A stretch of 64,000 bases of DNA from a virus (taxonomy: Duplodnaviria > Caudoviricetes): positions 2,184 through 66,183 of IMG/VR virus record IMGVR_UViG_3300011429_000003. The stretch is one strand, 5' to 3'. Position 1 is the stretch's first letter. Every line of letters starts with the position of its first letter. The notes under the pieces are model-generated. The model was not told the DNA's origin and ran no database searches. It worked only from the letters and a program-made list of their open reading frames with translations. The position numbers and the translations under genes are program-made. Positions 17,601 to 27,292 of this stretch are shown piece by piece.

Positions 17601-17758
17601 GGATCACGCGTAGGGAAGTGCTCTCGCTGACGACCAGCCTGCTCATCGTTCTGTTGTTGCTTACGCAGATAGTTCAGGATCGCAAGGCCGAGCGCGCCTA
17701 CGCCAAGTTCGCGGCTGAGATAGACTCGCTGCACGCCACAGTGAAAGCATGGGAGTGA
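17597..17758 (+). CDS. Small membrane protein
   Basis: Hand translation MRITRREVLSLTTSLLIVLLLLTQIVQDRK...; ATGA overlap. Confidence 0.5.
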   Translation: MRITRREVLSLTTSLLIVLLLLTQIVQDRKAERAYAKFAAEIDSLHATVKAWE

Positions 17759-17765
17759 GGGGCCT

Positions 17766-19262
17766 GTGCACGCGGCTGTCGCATGGCGAGAGACACCCGA
17801 CGGCCTGCGGCCCACGCTGCCAGCCGACAGCACGCGCGAGGTAGCCTGGGCACCACAGCCCGGCAGCCAGGAGCTGTTCCTAACCTGCCCGCTCAACGAG
17901 GCCCTGTACGAGGGGACACGCGGCCCTGGCAAGACGGACGCTCTGCTCATGGACTTCGCAAGAGAAGTAGGCCAGGGCTACGGCGCAGAGTGGCGCGGCG
18001 TGCTGTTCCGGCGCACGTACCCGGAGCTGCAGGACGTCATAGACAAGGCGCTCAAGTGGTACCCACGCATATTCCCCACCGCACAGTACAATCGCAGCGC
18101 GCACTGCTGGACGTTCGCCACGGGAGAGCAGCTGTTCTTCCGCCACTTCATGGACGAGCGAGACTACTGGAGCTACCACGGCCACGCCTATCCGTGGATC
18201 GGTTGGGAGGAGCTGTGCACGTGGCCCAGCGAGAAGTCGTATCTCTCCATGTTCAGCTGCAACCGCAGCAGTCATCCGAGAGTACCGAAGAGAGTACGCG
18301 CGACCGCGAACCCCTACGGCCCGGGGCACAACTGGGTGAAGCTGCGGTACCGACTACCGGTGTCGCAGGGGCGCATCGTGGGGGAGATCGTGCGCGACGC
18401 TGTCAGCAGAGACGGCAGCACGGCGCCTGCGCGCGTGGCCATACACGGCAACCTCCACGAGAACAAGGTGCTGCTGTCCGCAGATCCTGGCTACATAGAC
18501 AGGCTGCGCAGCAGCGCCAGCAACGAGAGCCAGCTGCGCGCGTGGCTGTACGGAGACTGGACCATCGTGGCGGGCGGCATGTTCGACGACGTGTGGGATC
18601 CGGCCAAGCACGTGGTGCCCAACTTCCCGCTCAGCAAGATACCGCAGGGCTGGTACGTGAACCGCAGCTACGACCACGGGCAGTCCGCACCGTTCAGCGT
18701 GGGTTGGTGGGCGGAGAGCAACGGCGAGCCGCTGGAGTGGAACGGGCGCACCTACGGTGGCCGCAGAGGCGACCTGTACCGCGTGGCCGAGTGGTACGGC
18801 TGGTACCCGGGGCGTCCTAACGAGGGGCTGCGCATGCTGGCCATAGACATCGGGCGCGGCATACTGGAGCGGGAGCGCGACTACGGTATCGCGGGGCGCG
18901 TGGCGGCTGGCCCTGCAGACACGCAGATCTTCGACGAGTACGAGCGCAACAAGTCCGTCGCCGGAGACATGAAGCGTGTCGGCGTGCGGTGGGACAAGGC
19001 AGACAAGGGACCAGGCACGCGGAAGCAGGGCTGGGAGCAGATGCGCAAGTACCTCAAGGCCGCGCTCAACCCCGCGCGCGAGGAGCCCGGCCTGTGGATA
19101 CTAGAGCGGTGCCAGCAGGGTTTCATCCGCACGATACCCGTGCTGCCCCGTGACGAGAGGGATCTGGACGACGTGGACGACAGTGCGGAGGACCACGTGG
19201 GTGACGAGGTGCGCTACCGCCTGCGGCACAAGAACCGCAAGGTGAGCGTCGGAGGCTTCTAA
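17766..19262 (+). CDS. terL: Terminase large subunit
   Basis: YEGTRGPGKT (Walker A), IGWEEL (Walker B), ATANP, RSYDHG nuclease Asp, EDHVGDEVRY. Confidence 0.93.
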   Translation: MHAAVAWRETPDGLRPTLPADSTREVAWAPQPGSQELFLTCPLNEALYEGTRGPGKTDALLMDFAREVGQGYGAEWRGVLFRRTYPELQDVIDKALKWYPRIFPTAQYNRSAHCWTFATGEQLFFRHFMDERDYWSYHGHAYPWIGWEELCTWPSEKSYLSMFSCNRSSHPRVPKRVRATANPYGPGHNWVKLRYRLPVSQGRIVGEIVRDAVSRDGSTAPARVAIHGNLHENKVLLSADPGYIDRLRSSASNESQLRAWLYGDWTIVAGGMFDDVWDPAKHVVPNFPLSKIPQGWYVNRSYDHGQSAPFSVGWWAESNGEPLEWNGRTYGGRRGDLYRVAEWYGWYPGRPNEGLRMLAIDIGRGILERERDYGIAGRVAAGPADTQIFDEYERNKSVAGDMKRVGVRWDKADKGPGTRKQGWEQMRKYLKAALNPAREEPGLWILERCQQGFIRTIPVLPRDERDLDDVDDSAEDHVGDEVRYRLRHKNRKVSVGGF

Positions 19263-20755
19263 TGGCAGATAAAGATAGTAAGGACATCGCCACTACCAGT
19301 GCCGCGTACGACATGATGCTGCCGCACTGGCAGAAGATCGCCACGGTGCTGGAAGGCACTGCGGCGCTGCGGGCAGCGGGACGTACCTACCTGCCGCAGC
19401 ACGCGGCGGAGGACAACGACGTGTACGACGAGCGTCTGGCGCGTGCCACGCTGTACAACCTCAGCAAGCTCACGCTGGACAGCTGGGTGGGCAGGCCGTT
19501 CAGCGATCCCGTCAAGTGGGACGAGCTACCTGCAGAGGTGGAGGAGATGCTGGACAACGTGGACCAGCAGGGCGACGCGGCGCAGGTGTTTCTGCGCAAC
19601 TGGTTCAAGGACGGGCTCGCCAAGGCGTTCTCGCACGTTCTGGTGGACATGCCACGCATCACCACGGTGGACCCAGACGTGCCGCCGCGCACTGCGGCCG
19701 ACGACGGCGACACACCGTACTGGGTGCTCATCTGCCCGGAGCAGGTGTTCTTCGCGCAGGCCACGTACGAGGGCGGGCGCGAGGTGCTGCAGGAAGTGCG
19801 CATCATGGAGCAGATCGTGGAGCGCAGGGGCTACGCCGAGGTGCACATACCCCAGATCCGCGTGATAACACCGGGGCACGTGCAGCTGTGGCAACCCAGC
19901 AAGCAGAAGAACGCCCAGGGCAAGGCGCGGTGGATCCTGAAGGAGGAGTACGACTTCGATCTGCAGGAGGTGCCTCTCGTTACGTTCTACAGCGACCGCC
20001 AGGGGTTCATGCTGGGGAAGAGCGCGATAGAGGATCTCGTAGATCTCAACATCGCGCACTGGCAGTCCATGGCGGATCAGACACACACGCTCACCGTGGC
20101 GCGGTTCCCCATTCTCGCGGGCAGCGGCGTGGAGGGTGACCTCGTCATCGGGCCAAACAAGTACCTCACGGCCATCGACCCCGCCGCGAAGTTCTACTAC
20201 GTGGAGCACACCGGCGCGGCCATCGCCGCAGGACGCACGGACCTGGAGGCGCTGGAGACACAGATGGCCGAGTACGGTGCGGAGTTCCTCAAGAAACGCC
20301 CCGGTAGCCCGACCGCCACGGCGCGCGCGCTGGACAGTGCGGAGGCTACTAGCCCCCTGCAGGATGCCACTATCCGTTTCATGGAGGCCACGCAGCAGGT
20401 CGTCTTCCTGACGGAGCGGTGGCTAGGCCTCGAAGAGAAGGGCACCGTGCTGTTGCCCACGGAGTTCGGCCCGGAGATCAGCGACCCCGGTGACATGGAC
20501 ATGCTGAAGACCGCGCGCACGCTGCGCGACATCAGTCGTGTCGCGTTTCTCAAGGAGCTGCAGCGCAGGGGCATCATGCACGAGGACTTCGATCCGGAGG
20601 AGGACGCCGCCTTGCTGCAGGACGAGGCGATGGAGCTGCCCATGCCGGACGACGACGAGCCTGACGATCCGGACGACGAGAAGAAACCTGGTGAGGAGGA
20701 CGACGATGAGAAGCCAGGAGACAAGCGAGTGCCTCCGGCGATTGCTGCGGGGTAG
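19262..20755 (+). CDS. Portal protein
   Basis: Position after TerL; YLPQ...E...Y..RLARATLYN, PLVTFYS, DLVDLNIAHWQ; acidic tail. Confidence 0.88.
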   Translation: MADKDSKDIATTSAAYDMMLPHWQKIATVLEGTAALRAAGRTYLPQHAAEDNDVYDERLARATLYNLSKLTLDSWVGRPFSDPVKWDELPAEVEEMLDNVDQQGDAAQVFLRNWFKDGLAKAFSHVLVDMPRITTVDPDVPPRTAADDGDTPYWVLICPEQVFFAQATYEGGREVLQEVRIMEQIVERRGYAEVHIPQIRVITPGHVQLWQPSKQKNAQGKARWILKEEYDFDLQEVPLVTFYSDRQGFMLGKSAIEDLVDLNIAHWQSMADQTHTLTVARFPILAGSGVEGDLVIGPNKYLTAIDPAAKFYYVEHTGAAIAAGRTDLEALETQMAEYGAEFLKKRPGSPTATARALDSAEATSPLQDATIRFMEATQQVVFLTERWLGLEEKGTVLLPTEFGPEISDPGDMDMLKTARTLRDISRVAFLKELQRRGIMHEDFDPEEDAALLQDEAMELPMPDDDEPDDPDDEKKPGEEDDDEKPGDKRVPPAIAAG

Positions 20756-20875
20756 GGAGCTGTACACCTGCATGGTGTACCGCTGGACACTGGTGCCGTG
20801 GCTGCTGTACGTGGAGCTGAGCTGTTTAGACGAGCTCGTGCTGGAAGGGTTGATAGATGGCTACAGGTGGCGACG

Positions 20876-21163
20876 ATGGCCAAGGCTGACGTTCCGCTGG
20901 CGCCCGTCATATCGCTAGACGAGCATCGGCCACACCTCAGTGGGAAGGCGCGCTGCATAGCGTGCGGCCACGAGGAGGTGTGCGTGGCACCCCTGGGTGT
21001 CACGTGGATGGAGTGCGGCAAGTGCCATACGGATCACATGACGTGGAGCGCGCAGGTCGAGCGAGACGAGCCGCACTGGCACTGCAACTGCGGCAACAAT
21101 CTGTTCTACGTGACACCGGAGGGTTGGTACTGCCCCATGTGTGGGGTGTACCACGATCTGTGA
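20876..21163 (+). CDS. Cys-rich (zinc ribbon) hypothetical protein
   Basis: CIAC, CGKC, CNC, CPMC. Confidence 0.6.
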   Translation: MAKADVPLAPVISLDEHRPHLSGKARCIACGHEEVCVAPLGVTWMECGKCHTDHMTWSAQVERDEPHWHCNCGNNLFYVTPEGWYCPMCGVYHDL

Positions 21164-21456
21164 TCCGCGTGCTGGGTGTAGGCACGGCGCGCCTCGTGGT
21201 AGACGCGCCCACCGTGTGGTTGCGGCCCGTGCGCCCGCACACGCGCGCGTGCGTGGACTGCCCCGGTGTGGTGGCGGGCCGGAACAAGCGCTGCCCCGCG
21301 TGCAAGCGTGCGCGCAAGAGGACGCAGAACGCGTCGTACTACCGGCAGCCGCAGTACATCAAGGAGTGCGAGGGGTGCCGTGCCACGTTGCACGACAACC
21401 GATTTCGGCTCTGTACACGTTGCAGGGGGGAAGACGATGCCGGAAGCACAACCTAG
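21160..21456 (+). CDS. Cys-rich hypothetical protein
   Basis: Four CxxC pairs; GTGA overlap. Confidence 0.5.
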   Translation: MIRVLGVGTARLVVDAPTVWLRPVRPHTRACVDCPGVVAGRNKRCPACKRARKRTQNASYYRQPQYIKECEGCRATLHDNRFRLCTRCRGEDDAGSTT

Positions 21457-21586
21457 AGAGTGGGTAGACGCGCTGGTCGCGCTGATCGCCATCGTACCCT
21501 GGGCAGCTGGCGTGTTCGGCGTGGTGTTCGTGGTGCGTTACGCGCTGGTGCCCCTCGTACGAGCATGGCGGGGCAGGGGCGAATGA
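21437..21586 (+). CDS. Small membrane protein
   Basis: Hydrophobic stretch ALVALIAIVPWAAGVFGVVFVV. Confidence 0.45.
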   Translation: MPEAQPREWVDALVALIAIVPWAAGVFGVVFVVRYALVPLVRAWRGRGE

Positions 21587-22761
21587 GTGCCAACAAGGCG
21601 CTCTACGACGACAGCCTGCGGCACGCCATAGCGCTGCGGCGCTACAGCACCGGCGAGGTGAAGCAGGTGCTGAAGCTGCTCGGCAGGAGCGAGGACGAGC
21701 TGATGGCGAAGCTGGTCAAGCTGGACCCGGCCAGGTTCAGCACCAAGCGGCAGCAGGCGCTGCTGGCCGACATACAGGCGGCGCGTGTGGAGGCTGTCCG
21801 CGAGCTCGGCAGGCGCAGCGGCAAGGAGATGACCAAGCTGGCCAAGGTGGAGCAGGACTTCAACATCACCAGTCTCAAGAGGAGCATTCCTGCTTCTCTT
21901 GAATACGCGCGCGTCAGCACCGACGTGTTGCGCGAGCTGGTCACCACGCGCCCGTTCGCGGGTGGCACCAACGCGGCGCGCACGCTCGGCCAGTGGTGGG
22001 AGGGCGTAGCCCGTGCCGATCAGCAGCGCATCACCGACGCGATACAGCTGGGCGTCACGCAGGGCGAGGACATACCCAGCATCACGCGCAGGGTGATGCA
22101 GGCCACCGACATGACGCGCAACAACGCTGAGGCGGTGACACGTACCGCTGTCAACCACGTGAGCAACGGTGTGCGCGAGCGCGTGATGGACGCTAACAGC
22201 GACATCGTCGCGTACGAGACGTGGGTGTCCACGCTGGACGGGCGCACCACTCTGATCTGTGCCAGCCGCGACGGACACAACACGCCGATAGGCGACCGCA
22301 AGCAGAGCGACATACCCACGCCCCACCTGGAGCCCGCAGGGGCTAGGCCGCCCGCGCACCCACAGTGCCGCAGCGTGATGGTGCCGGTGCTGGACGGAGA
22401 GGGGCTGGCGCGCAAGGCGGGCAACCGCCCCACGGTGGTGGACGCGCGCACGCGCAAGGAGCGTGAGCGTGACTTCCGTGCAGAGGCCAAGGAAGCGGCG
22501 GGCCGCAAGTGGAGCGACATGAGCGACACCGAGCGTAGGCGTGCCATCACGCGCGTGCGCGATACCTGGGCTGAGGAGGCCATAGGCACGGCCAGTACGC
22601 AGACCACGTACGACGAGTGGCTGCGCGGGCAGGACGCCGACTTCCAGAACGACGTACTTGGGCCTGCGCGCGCGGATATGTTCCGCAGTGGTACCAAGCT
22701 GGACCAGTTCCTGGACGACACGGGTAAGACGCTCACGCTAGACGAGCTGGAACGGAGGTAG
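21583..22761 (+). CDS. Head morphogenesis protein (SPP1 gp7/MuF-like)
   Basis: AEAVTRTAVNHVSN, WVSTLDGRTTLICASRDG, PPAHPQCRS. Confidence 0.88.
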   Translation: MSANKALYDDSLRHAIALRRYSTGEVKQVLKLLGRSEDELMAKLVKLDPARFSTKRQQALLADIQAARVEAVRELGRRSGKEMTKLAKVEQDFNITSLKRSIPASLEYARVSTDVLRELVTTRPFAGGTNAARTLGQWWEGVARADQQRITDAIQLGVTQGEDIPSITRRVMQATDMTRNNAEAVTRTAVNHVSNGVRERVMDANSDIVAYETWVSTLDGRTTLICASRDGHNTPIGDRKQSDIPTPHLEPAGARPPAHPQCRSVMVPVLDGEGLARKAGNRPTVVDARTRKERERDFRAEAKEAAGRKWSDMSDTERRRAITRVRDTWAEEAIGTASTQTTYDEWLRGQDADFQNDVLGPARADMFRSGTKLDQFLDDTGKTLTLDELERR

Positions 22762-22766
22762 ATGTT

Positions 22767-22880
22767 GTGCTCACTTCAACGACGTGGTGGATGGTCATAG
22801 TAGGTGGCCTGTGCCTGGGGTTCGGGTTCGCCGCAGGGCAGGCGCTGTTCTGGGGGATAGTGAACCTGTTTCGTAAATGA
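22767..22880 (+). CDS. Small membrane protein
   Basis: GTG start with GGAGG; one TM segment. Confidence 0.4.
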   Translation: MLTSTTWWMVIVGGLCLGFGFAAGQALFWGIVNLFRK

Positions 22881-23077
22881 GAGACCCGGAGCTGCTGCAC
22901 GATCGTTTCCTGGTGTGGGAGGTGCAGCCGCTGGGGTACAGCCGCATGCGGTTGTTGGTCGCGTACGCGATCTTCGTACTGTGCATGACCGTGTTCGGTG
23001 CGGCTGTGTTGTGTGACAACGTAAGTCACGAAGGTAAGACGGTAGTTCATCAGAAGAAGGAAAGGTGGAGGAGATAA
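22877..23077 (+). CDS. Small membrane protein
   Basis: ATGA overlap; one TM segment. Confidence 0.5.
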   Translation: MRDPELLHDRFLVWEVQPLGYSRMRLLVAYAIFVLCMTVFGAAVLCDNVSHEGKTVVHQKKERWRR

Positions 23078-23892
23078 TGTTCGACTTCAGCAAGAATCAG
23101 TCACTCAAGGCACTGGACAACGTGCCCAAGGATTTTCATGGCCTGTACGTGGAGCAGGACGGTGAGTTCAAGCTCAACACCGCCGACGAGAAAGTGAAGG
23201 GTGCGGTGGCTGCCATTCTGGGTCTCAACAGCGCGCTGAACAGCGAGCGTGCCAAGACCAGCGATCTCATGGGTAAGCTGGACAAGACGGACCTGACCCC
23301 GCTGGCGGAGTACGGAGATACGCCGGAGATGATCGTGGCCGCGTTCAACACGCGCCTGCAGGAGGCCACCAAGATCAACCAGAAGGACGCGGTGGAGAAG
23401 GCGGTCAAGGACAAGCAGCGTGAGCTGGAGACCCTGCACAAGGTGGAGAAGGAGAAGCTGGGTACCAACCTGCAGCAGCTCACCAAGCAGCTGTACGACC
23501 GCATCGTCGTGGCCGACGCCACCAGTGCCCTGGCCCAGGCGGGGGCCATCGCCCCGGAGCTGGTGCTGCCGCACATCGCGGGGCAGGTCAAGGTGGAGGA
23601 GAAGGACGGGCAGCTGGTGGCCCTGGTCATGGACGACGCCAAGCAGCCGCGCTTCTCCGGCGTGACGGGTAAGCACATGGCCATCAGCGAGCTGGTGGAG
23701 GAGATGAAGGGCACCGAGAAGTACAAGGTGTTCTTCAAGAGCGATCAGAAGTCCGGCGGCGGTACGCCCCCACAAGGTGGGGCGCGCAAGCCCGACGCCC
23801 AGCGCAGCAACGATCAGGCCCTGAGCGGTACGGACCGCATCAAGCTCGGCCTGGACAAGGGGCAGTTTCAGCGTGGTGAGGCGCGCCGATAG
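23077..23892 (+). CDS. Capsid scaffolding protein
   Basis: Charged coiled-coil ending in SGGG motif immediately upstream of capsid gene. Confidence 0.8.
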   Translation: MFDFSKNQSLKALDNVPKDFHGLYVEQDGEFKLNTADEKVKGAVAAILGLNSALNSERAKTSDLMGKLDKTDLTPLAEYGDTPEMIVAAFNTRLQEATKINQKDAVEKAVKDKQRELETLHKVEKEKLGTNLQQLTKQLYDRIVVADATSALAQAGAIAPELVLPHIAGQVKVEEKDGQLVALVMDDAKQPRFSGVTGKHMAISELVEEMKGTEKYKVFFKSDQKSGGGTPPQGGARKPDAQRSNDQALSGTDRIKLGLDKGQFQRGEARR

Positions 23893-24062
23893 CTGAGTTA
23901 GCTTTTTACCTCTTGCGCCCCGTGGCGCGCGGGGCGTAAGAGGTTCCACGTAACACCCACCCGACAGGGGGATCCGAGGGGTTGGGCTGTCTGGATCGGG
24001 GGATCCGTCGCCAGGCAGTAGTCAACCGAAACGGTTTCTCTCATCCTCAGGGAGGGTGCTTC

Positions 24063-25025
24063 ATGTCTTCCGTAACTCTGACGGAAAGCGCCAAACTCGC
24101 TCAGAACGACTTGGTAGCTGGCGTCATCGAGAACATCATCACGGTCAACCAGATGTTTCAGGTGCTGCCGTTCGACGGGATCGACGGCAACGCCCTCGCG
24201 TACAACCGCGAGAATGTACTGGGTGGCGTCGGTGTGGCGGGCGTGGGCGTAGTCTACGACGACGCCACCGACCGCAACCCGATCACCGGCGAGACAGCGG
24301 GTATCAAGGCTGCCGCCACGTTCACCACGGTGACCAGCACGCTGACGACCATCGTCGGCGACGCTGAGGTGAACGGTCTCATCCAGGCCACGCGCAGCGG
24401 CTGGGGCAACGACCAGACCGCCGTGCAGATCGCCAGCAAGGCGAAGCACTGCGGGCGGTTGTACCAGCACATGCTCATCAACGGTACCGGTGCGGCCGAC
24501 CAGTTCACGGGACTGATCCTCCTCGTGGCTGCCGGGCAGTCGCGCACCAGCGCCGCCAACGGTCAGCAGCTGACACTGACCATCCTGGACGAGATCATGG
24601 ATCTCGTCACGGCCAAGGACGGCCACGTCGACTACTTCACCATGCACAGCCGCGAGCGCCGGTTCTACCGGGGCTTGCTGCGCGCGCTCGGTGGGGCCAG
24701 CATCAACGAGGTCGTGACGCTGCCCAACGGCGAGGAGATCATCGCCTACAGCAGCGTGCCCATCTTCCGCAACGACTACATCCCCATCAACCAGACCCAG
24801 GGAGCCAGCGTGGTCGCCAGTACGGTGTTCGCGGGCTGCCTGGACGACGGTAGCCGCAGCAACGGCCTGGCCGGGCTCACGGCCGAGATGGCCAGCGGCA
24901 TCCAGGTGGTGGACGTCGGCGAGTCGGAGACCAAGGACGAGCGCATCTGGCGTGTCAAGTGGTACAGCGGTCTCGCGCTCTTCAGCGAGAAGGCTCTGGC
25001 CGCCGCGCCCGGCATCATTCCGTAA
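24063..25025 (+). CDS. Major capsid protein (HK97-type)
   Basis: MSSVTLTESAKL...GVIENI...LPF..I.GNA..YNRE; position and size. Confidence 0.9.
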   Translation: MSSVTLTESAKLAQNDLVAGVIENIITVNQMFQVLPFDGIDGNALAYNRENVLGGVGVAGVGVVYDDATDRNPITGETAGIKAAATFTTVTSTLTTIVGDAEVNGLIQATRSGWGNDQTAVQIASKAKHCGRLYQHMLINGTGAADQFTGLILLVAAGQSRTSAANGQQLTLTILDEIMDLVTAKDGHVDYFTMHSRERRFYRGLLRALGGASINEVVTLPNGEEIIAYSSVPIFRNDYIPINQTQGASVVASTVFAGCLDDGSRSNGLAGLTAEMASGIQVVDVGESETKDERIWRVKWYSGLALFSEKALAAAPGIIP

Positions 25026-25033
25026 CTCTGGAT

Positions 25034-25086
25034 CCGGGAGGGGGCGTGCGCGCCTGTGGGGGCGTAGGTGTGTCGCCCCCTCCCGG
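25034..25086 (+). other. Long GC-rich hairpin after capsid gene (mRNA stabiliser or attenuator, no U-tract)
   Basis: CCGGGAGGGGGCG/CGCCCCCTCCCGG 13-bp stem with inner pairing. Confidence 0.45.
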
Positions 25087-25107
25087 TGAAGGAAGGAGAA
25101 AAACGAA

Positions 25108-25584
25108 ATGGCTCGTCCCGTCATTCATCGGTCTTCAGTGACGATCAACGCGAACACGATCACGACCACCTATCAAGACGCCTACGTCATCAGCCTCATA
25201 CGAGACGAGAAGATGGCGGAGTGTGTGACCGTGTACTTTCAGTGGGTAGGCTTGACGGGCGGTGCGGCGGGCAGCACGCTGCAGACCAGGCTCGTCGGAC
25301 GTCGCAACCCCAGCGGGCCGGACCCCACTGCGGATGGTGACGGGTACAACCACTACCGCCAGTCTGCAGACATGCAGACCGGCGCGGCGGCTAGCTCGGA
25401 TCTCAACCTGTTCGCGGCGGCAGCTGCACCGGCGGACGGCAGCAAGTACGTCATTCCGCAGTTCTGCAGCGCGACCGTCGTGCACGTTCCCATTCTCGTA
25501 GCACCGTACCTGGCCGTGAAGATAAGGGCGCTGACCCAAGCATACACGACCGGTACGTTGCTCGTGGAGTGGATCGCTCAGTAG
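25108..25584 (+). CDS. Virion structural / decoration protein (putative)
   Basis: Beta-rich ORF directly after capsid, SD AAGGAG. Confidence 0.55.
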   Translation: MARPVIHRSSVTINANTITTTYQDAYVISLIRDEKMAECVTVYFQWVGLTGGAAGSTLQTRLVGRRNPSGPDPTADGDGYNHYRQSADMQTGAAASSDLNLFAAAAAPADGSKYVIPQFCSATVVHVPILVAPYLAVKIRALTQAYTTGTLLVEWIAQ

Positions 25585-25599
25585 GAGGAGGAACCTTAT

Positions 25600-26181
25600 A
25601 TGTCGGTGATCACAGCTAGGCTGATTCTAACTGGTGCCCGTGCGGGCACGACGTGCGTGCTGGGCAAGTGGCACTTCGTCGACGGCGTGGGCGTCGTAAC
25701 TGGGGATCAGCTGAGTGTCAAGAACACGTGCGAGTACATCGGCCGTGTGTTCAAGGCGTTCCCGGAGGGGAGCAGCGCCTTGGTGCACTACCAGGCGCTC
25801 GACGAGGAGGAGAAGGAAAATGGCAAGCGTCATCTTCAGGCAGCTGCCCAACCGGGGCAGGCAGACGGTGCTGCAGGCGCAGTTCAGCCCGCTGGGGCAG
25901 GGCCTGCCGCAGTACCCACAGACGACGGCGGCGGAGCAGACGACGCCGCGCCCGGGGGCGCGGGGGCTGTTCCCGGTGGGGCTGGACACGCGGACCCCGG
26001 GGTACACGGGGCGTCCCTCGAGACGGACCGGATCGTCGCGGCGGTGATGGCCCTGGACGCCAACAACGGCGAGCACTGGACGGACGAGGGGCTACCGCGC
26101 CTGGACGCGGTGGAGCAGCTGTACGGCAAGCCCCTCACGCGCGCGCAGGTGGACGCAGCGGTACCGGGCGTGCGGCGGTAG
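25600..26181 (+). CDS. Virion-associated protein with acidic Ala/Gly/Pro linker
   Basis: SD GGAGG; C-terminal HWTDEGLPRLDAVE...LTRAQV motif. Confidence 0.65.
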   Translation: MSVITARLILTGARAGTTCVLGKWHFVDGVGVVTGDQLSVKNTCEYIGRVFKAFPEGSSALVHYQALDEEEKENGKRHLQAAAQPGQADGAAGAVQPAGAGPAAVPTDDGGGADDAAPGGAGAVPGGAGHADPGVHGASLETDRIVAAVMALDANNGEHWTDEGLPRLDAVEQLYGKPLTRAQVDAAVPGVRR

Positions 26182-26184
26182 GCA

Positions 26185-26664
26185 GTGGCCAGCATCACGC
26201 GTGTCGCCACCACCACGCTCCTGGACGAGTGGCCCAACAAGGTGCCCGTGCAGGCGGCCCATCTGAACGTGGACAGCGGTGTGGACACACCCAACACCGC
26301 GAGCTACGTGCGCTGCCAGGAGGCGGCGGGTATCAACAAGCGGAACGAGTACGGTGGCTACGACTTCTCCGCCATACCTGCAGGCTCTGTCATCACGGCT
26401 ATCAAGGTGCGGCAGTACAGCAAGAACAACGAGGATCTCAGTACGCTGCAGCAGCCGGGTGTCGAGTTTTCCCTGAGGATCAACGGTGTAGCGCGCGCGC
26501 AGAAGAGCTTCTCCGTGAACACGGGTGGGGTGGACATGGCCCAGACGGCGATCTTCGACAGTACGGGCGGCATCACGCGCGACGAGCTCGCGACACCGAA
26601 CGCGTTCTCCGTGCGGAAGCATACGTTCTCGTCTGAAGTGGACCCGCCTATCCCGGACGGCTAG
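26185..26664 (+). CDS. Beta-rich structural protein, N-terminal part (possibly split)
   Basis: ORF in virion module; domain appears to continue in the +1 frame. Confidence 0.55.
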   Translation: MASITRVATTTLLDEWPNKVPVQAAHLNVDSGVDTPNTASYVRCQEAAGINKRNEYGGYDFSAIPAGSVITAIKVRQYSKNNEDLSTLQQPGVEFSLRINGVARAQKSFSVNTGGVDMAQTAIFDSTGGITRDELATPNAFSVRKHTFSSEVDPPIPDG

Positions 26665-26665
26665 C

Positions 26666-26935
26666 GTGGCGGGCCTGAACTGGTGGGACTACGAGATAGA
26701 GGTCATCGTAGAGTACACGCCACCCAGCAGTAACTTGACACAGGAGATATGCGTGGACGGTGTGTTCAGTACGATACAGGGGGCGGGCGCGCAGTTCAGG
26801 GCCGTGCAGGCTGCCAGTGCCAGCTACCAGACGGTGCACGCGCCCGCAGGTGCGTTCACACTGGGCGTACCCACCAACGCGCAGTTCCAGACGGTACATC
26901 CGGTGACCGGCACGATACCGGAGTGTGACGACTAG
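26666..26935 (+). CDS. Possible C-terminal part of preceding protein
   Basis: VAGLNWWDYEIEVIVEYTPP; no clear SD. Confidence 0.4.
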   Translation: MAGLNWWDYEIEVIVEYTPPSSNLTQEICVDGVFSTIQGAGAQFRAVQAASASYQTVHAPAGAFTLGVPTNAQFQTVHPVTGTIPECDD

Positions 26936-26936
26936 C

Positions 26937-27290
26937 ATGGCGCAGAAGGTGGACATCGAGGTGTTCAGCGGCAACACGGTGCTCATAGACGTGACGGTCA
27001 CGGACGGAGACAGCGTGACGCCAGCCATGAAGAATCTCACGGGGGCTACGCCCATCACCTTCGTGGTCGCGCCCGCGCAGGGTAAACCGCCCACGGTGAC
27101 CAAGCAGCTGGCGGCAGGTATCGTCGTGACGGACGCGCCCGGTGGTAAGTTCCGCGTGACGCTGGCCCCGGCGGACACCGAGCCGCTGAAGGGTGCGCTG
27201 TACCACGAGTGCCGCGTGGTTGACGCCACGGGTGCGGTGTCTACAGTTATGTACGGCGTGTTCACGGTGCAGAACAACAGTATCGTCTAA
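26937..27290 (+). CDS. BppU-like / Ig-fold virion protein
   Basis: SGNTVLIDVTVTD...GKFRVTLAPADT...LYHECRV. Confidence 0.6.
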   Translation: MAQKVDIEVFSGNTVLIDVTVTDGDSVTPAMKNLTGATPITFVVAPAQGKPPTVTKQLAAGIVVTDAPGGKFRVTLAPADTEPLKGALYHECRVVDATGAVSTVMYGVFTVQNNSIV

Positions 27291-27292
27291 CT

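Noticed and set aside
20772-20918. Small ORF between portal and the zinc-ribbon gene
   Set aside because: Overlaps the next gene by over 40 nt and has no recognisable features; insufficient support
23908-23944. Intrinsic terminator after the scaffold gene
   Set aside because: The T-run lies 5' of the hairpin on the plus strand and there is no A-run for minus-strand termination; treated as a leader structure
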